The translations under genes were made by a program, and so were the position numbers. From the NCBI RefSeq assembly GCF_006345805.1, contig NW_021829144.1:1-6816 (forward strand): a DNA stretch of 6,816 nucleotides. The letters run 5' to 3'. Under the pieces are notes generated by a model. The model did not search any database, was not told the origin of the DNA, and worked only from the letters and a program-made list of their open reading frames with translations. The stretch is from Octopus sinensis. Lineage: Eukaryota. This document shows, piece after piece, positions 6,484 through 6,816 of the stretch (the first letter of the stretch is position 1; each line of letters starts with the position of its first letter).

Positions 6484-6816
6484 AGCTTTTATTATTTTTT
6501 AAATGTCTCATTAGTATTTCAGACATATAATCAAAACATTATACTAAATAAGTTAGTTGTGTATATATTCTGTTCTCTAAACATTAGTCGCTAATTAGAT
6601 GCCATAGTAACTCCAATTGAAGTTGGGGACATCATTAAATTGTATTTGAAGAATTTTCATCAGATTTAAAAGTTTTTCAAGTCCAGAGTTTCTAGCAGCA
6701 CTCAGAATATATAGTCTTATGTAAAATTGCTTGACAAATAGTTTGTCTAAATATATTTCTTTCTGTATATTTTATGTTAGTCGTCTTTTCCTTCTAACGT
6801 TCAAACAACGGCATTT

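Noticed and set aside
6654-6670. CTGATGA on the minus strand (tcatcag near 6657-6663) as a fourth hammerhead
   Set aside because: There is no stem II or GAAA at a suitable distance downstream.
1-6816. CRISPR array or prokaryotic operon-like system
   Set aside because: There are no regularly spaced direct repeats with unique spacers and no gene-dense organisation. The sequence is typical of repeat-rich animal DNA.

Overview
Non-coding, repeat-dominated eukaryotic DNA with no supportable protein-coding gene. Nearly all listed ORFs lie in microsatellites or SINEs. The microsatellite load and tRNA/CORE-type SINEs suggest a cephalopod (Octopus-like) intron or intergenic region; this is pattern recognition, not a database result. 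From left to right the window holds: the 5' end of a Helitron-like element (-); a 52-bp-arm palindrome interrupted at its right end by a full-length SINE; an inverted pair of old SINE fragments, one carrying a younger full-length SINE with a perfect 11-bp TSD; many microsatellites, including a perfect (GAA)38; and a truncated second copy of the first SINE family. The most unusual signal is three separate minimal hammerhead-ribozyme-like motifs of the Penelope-associated type (945-969 -, 3387-3437 -, 5761-5820 +). All are mutated, but one has the compensated U3-A8 core variant. I see no convincing evidence of a complete new system. The best lead is a possible non-autonomous family carrying a variant hammerhead.
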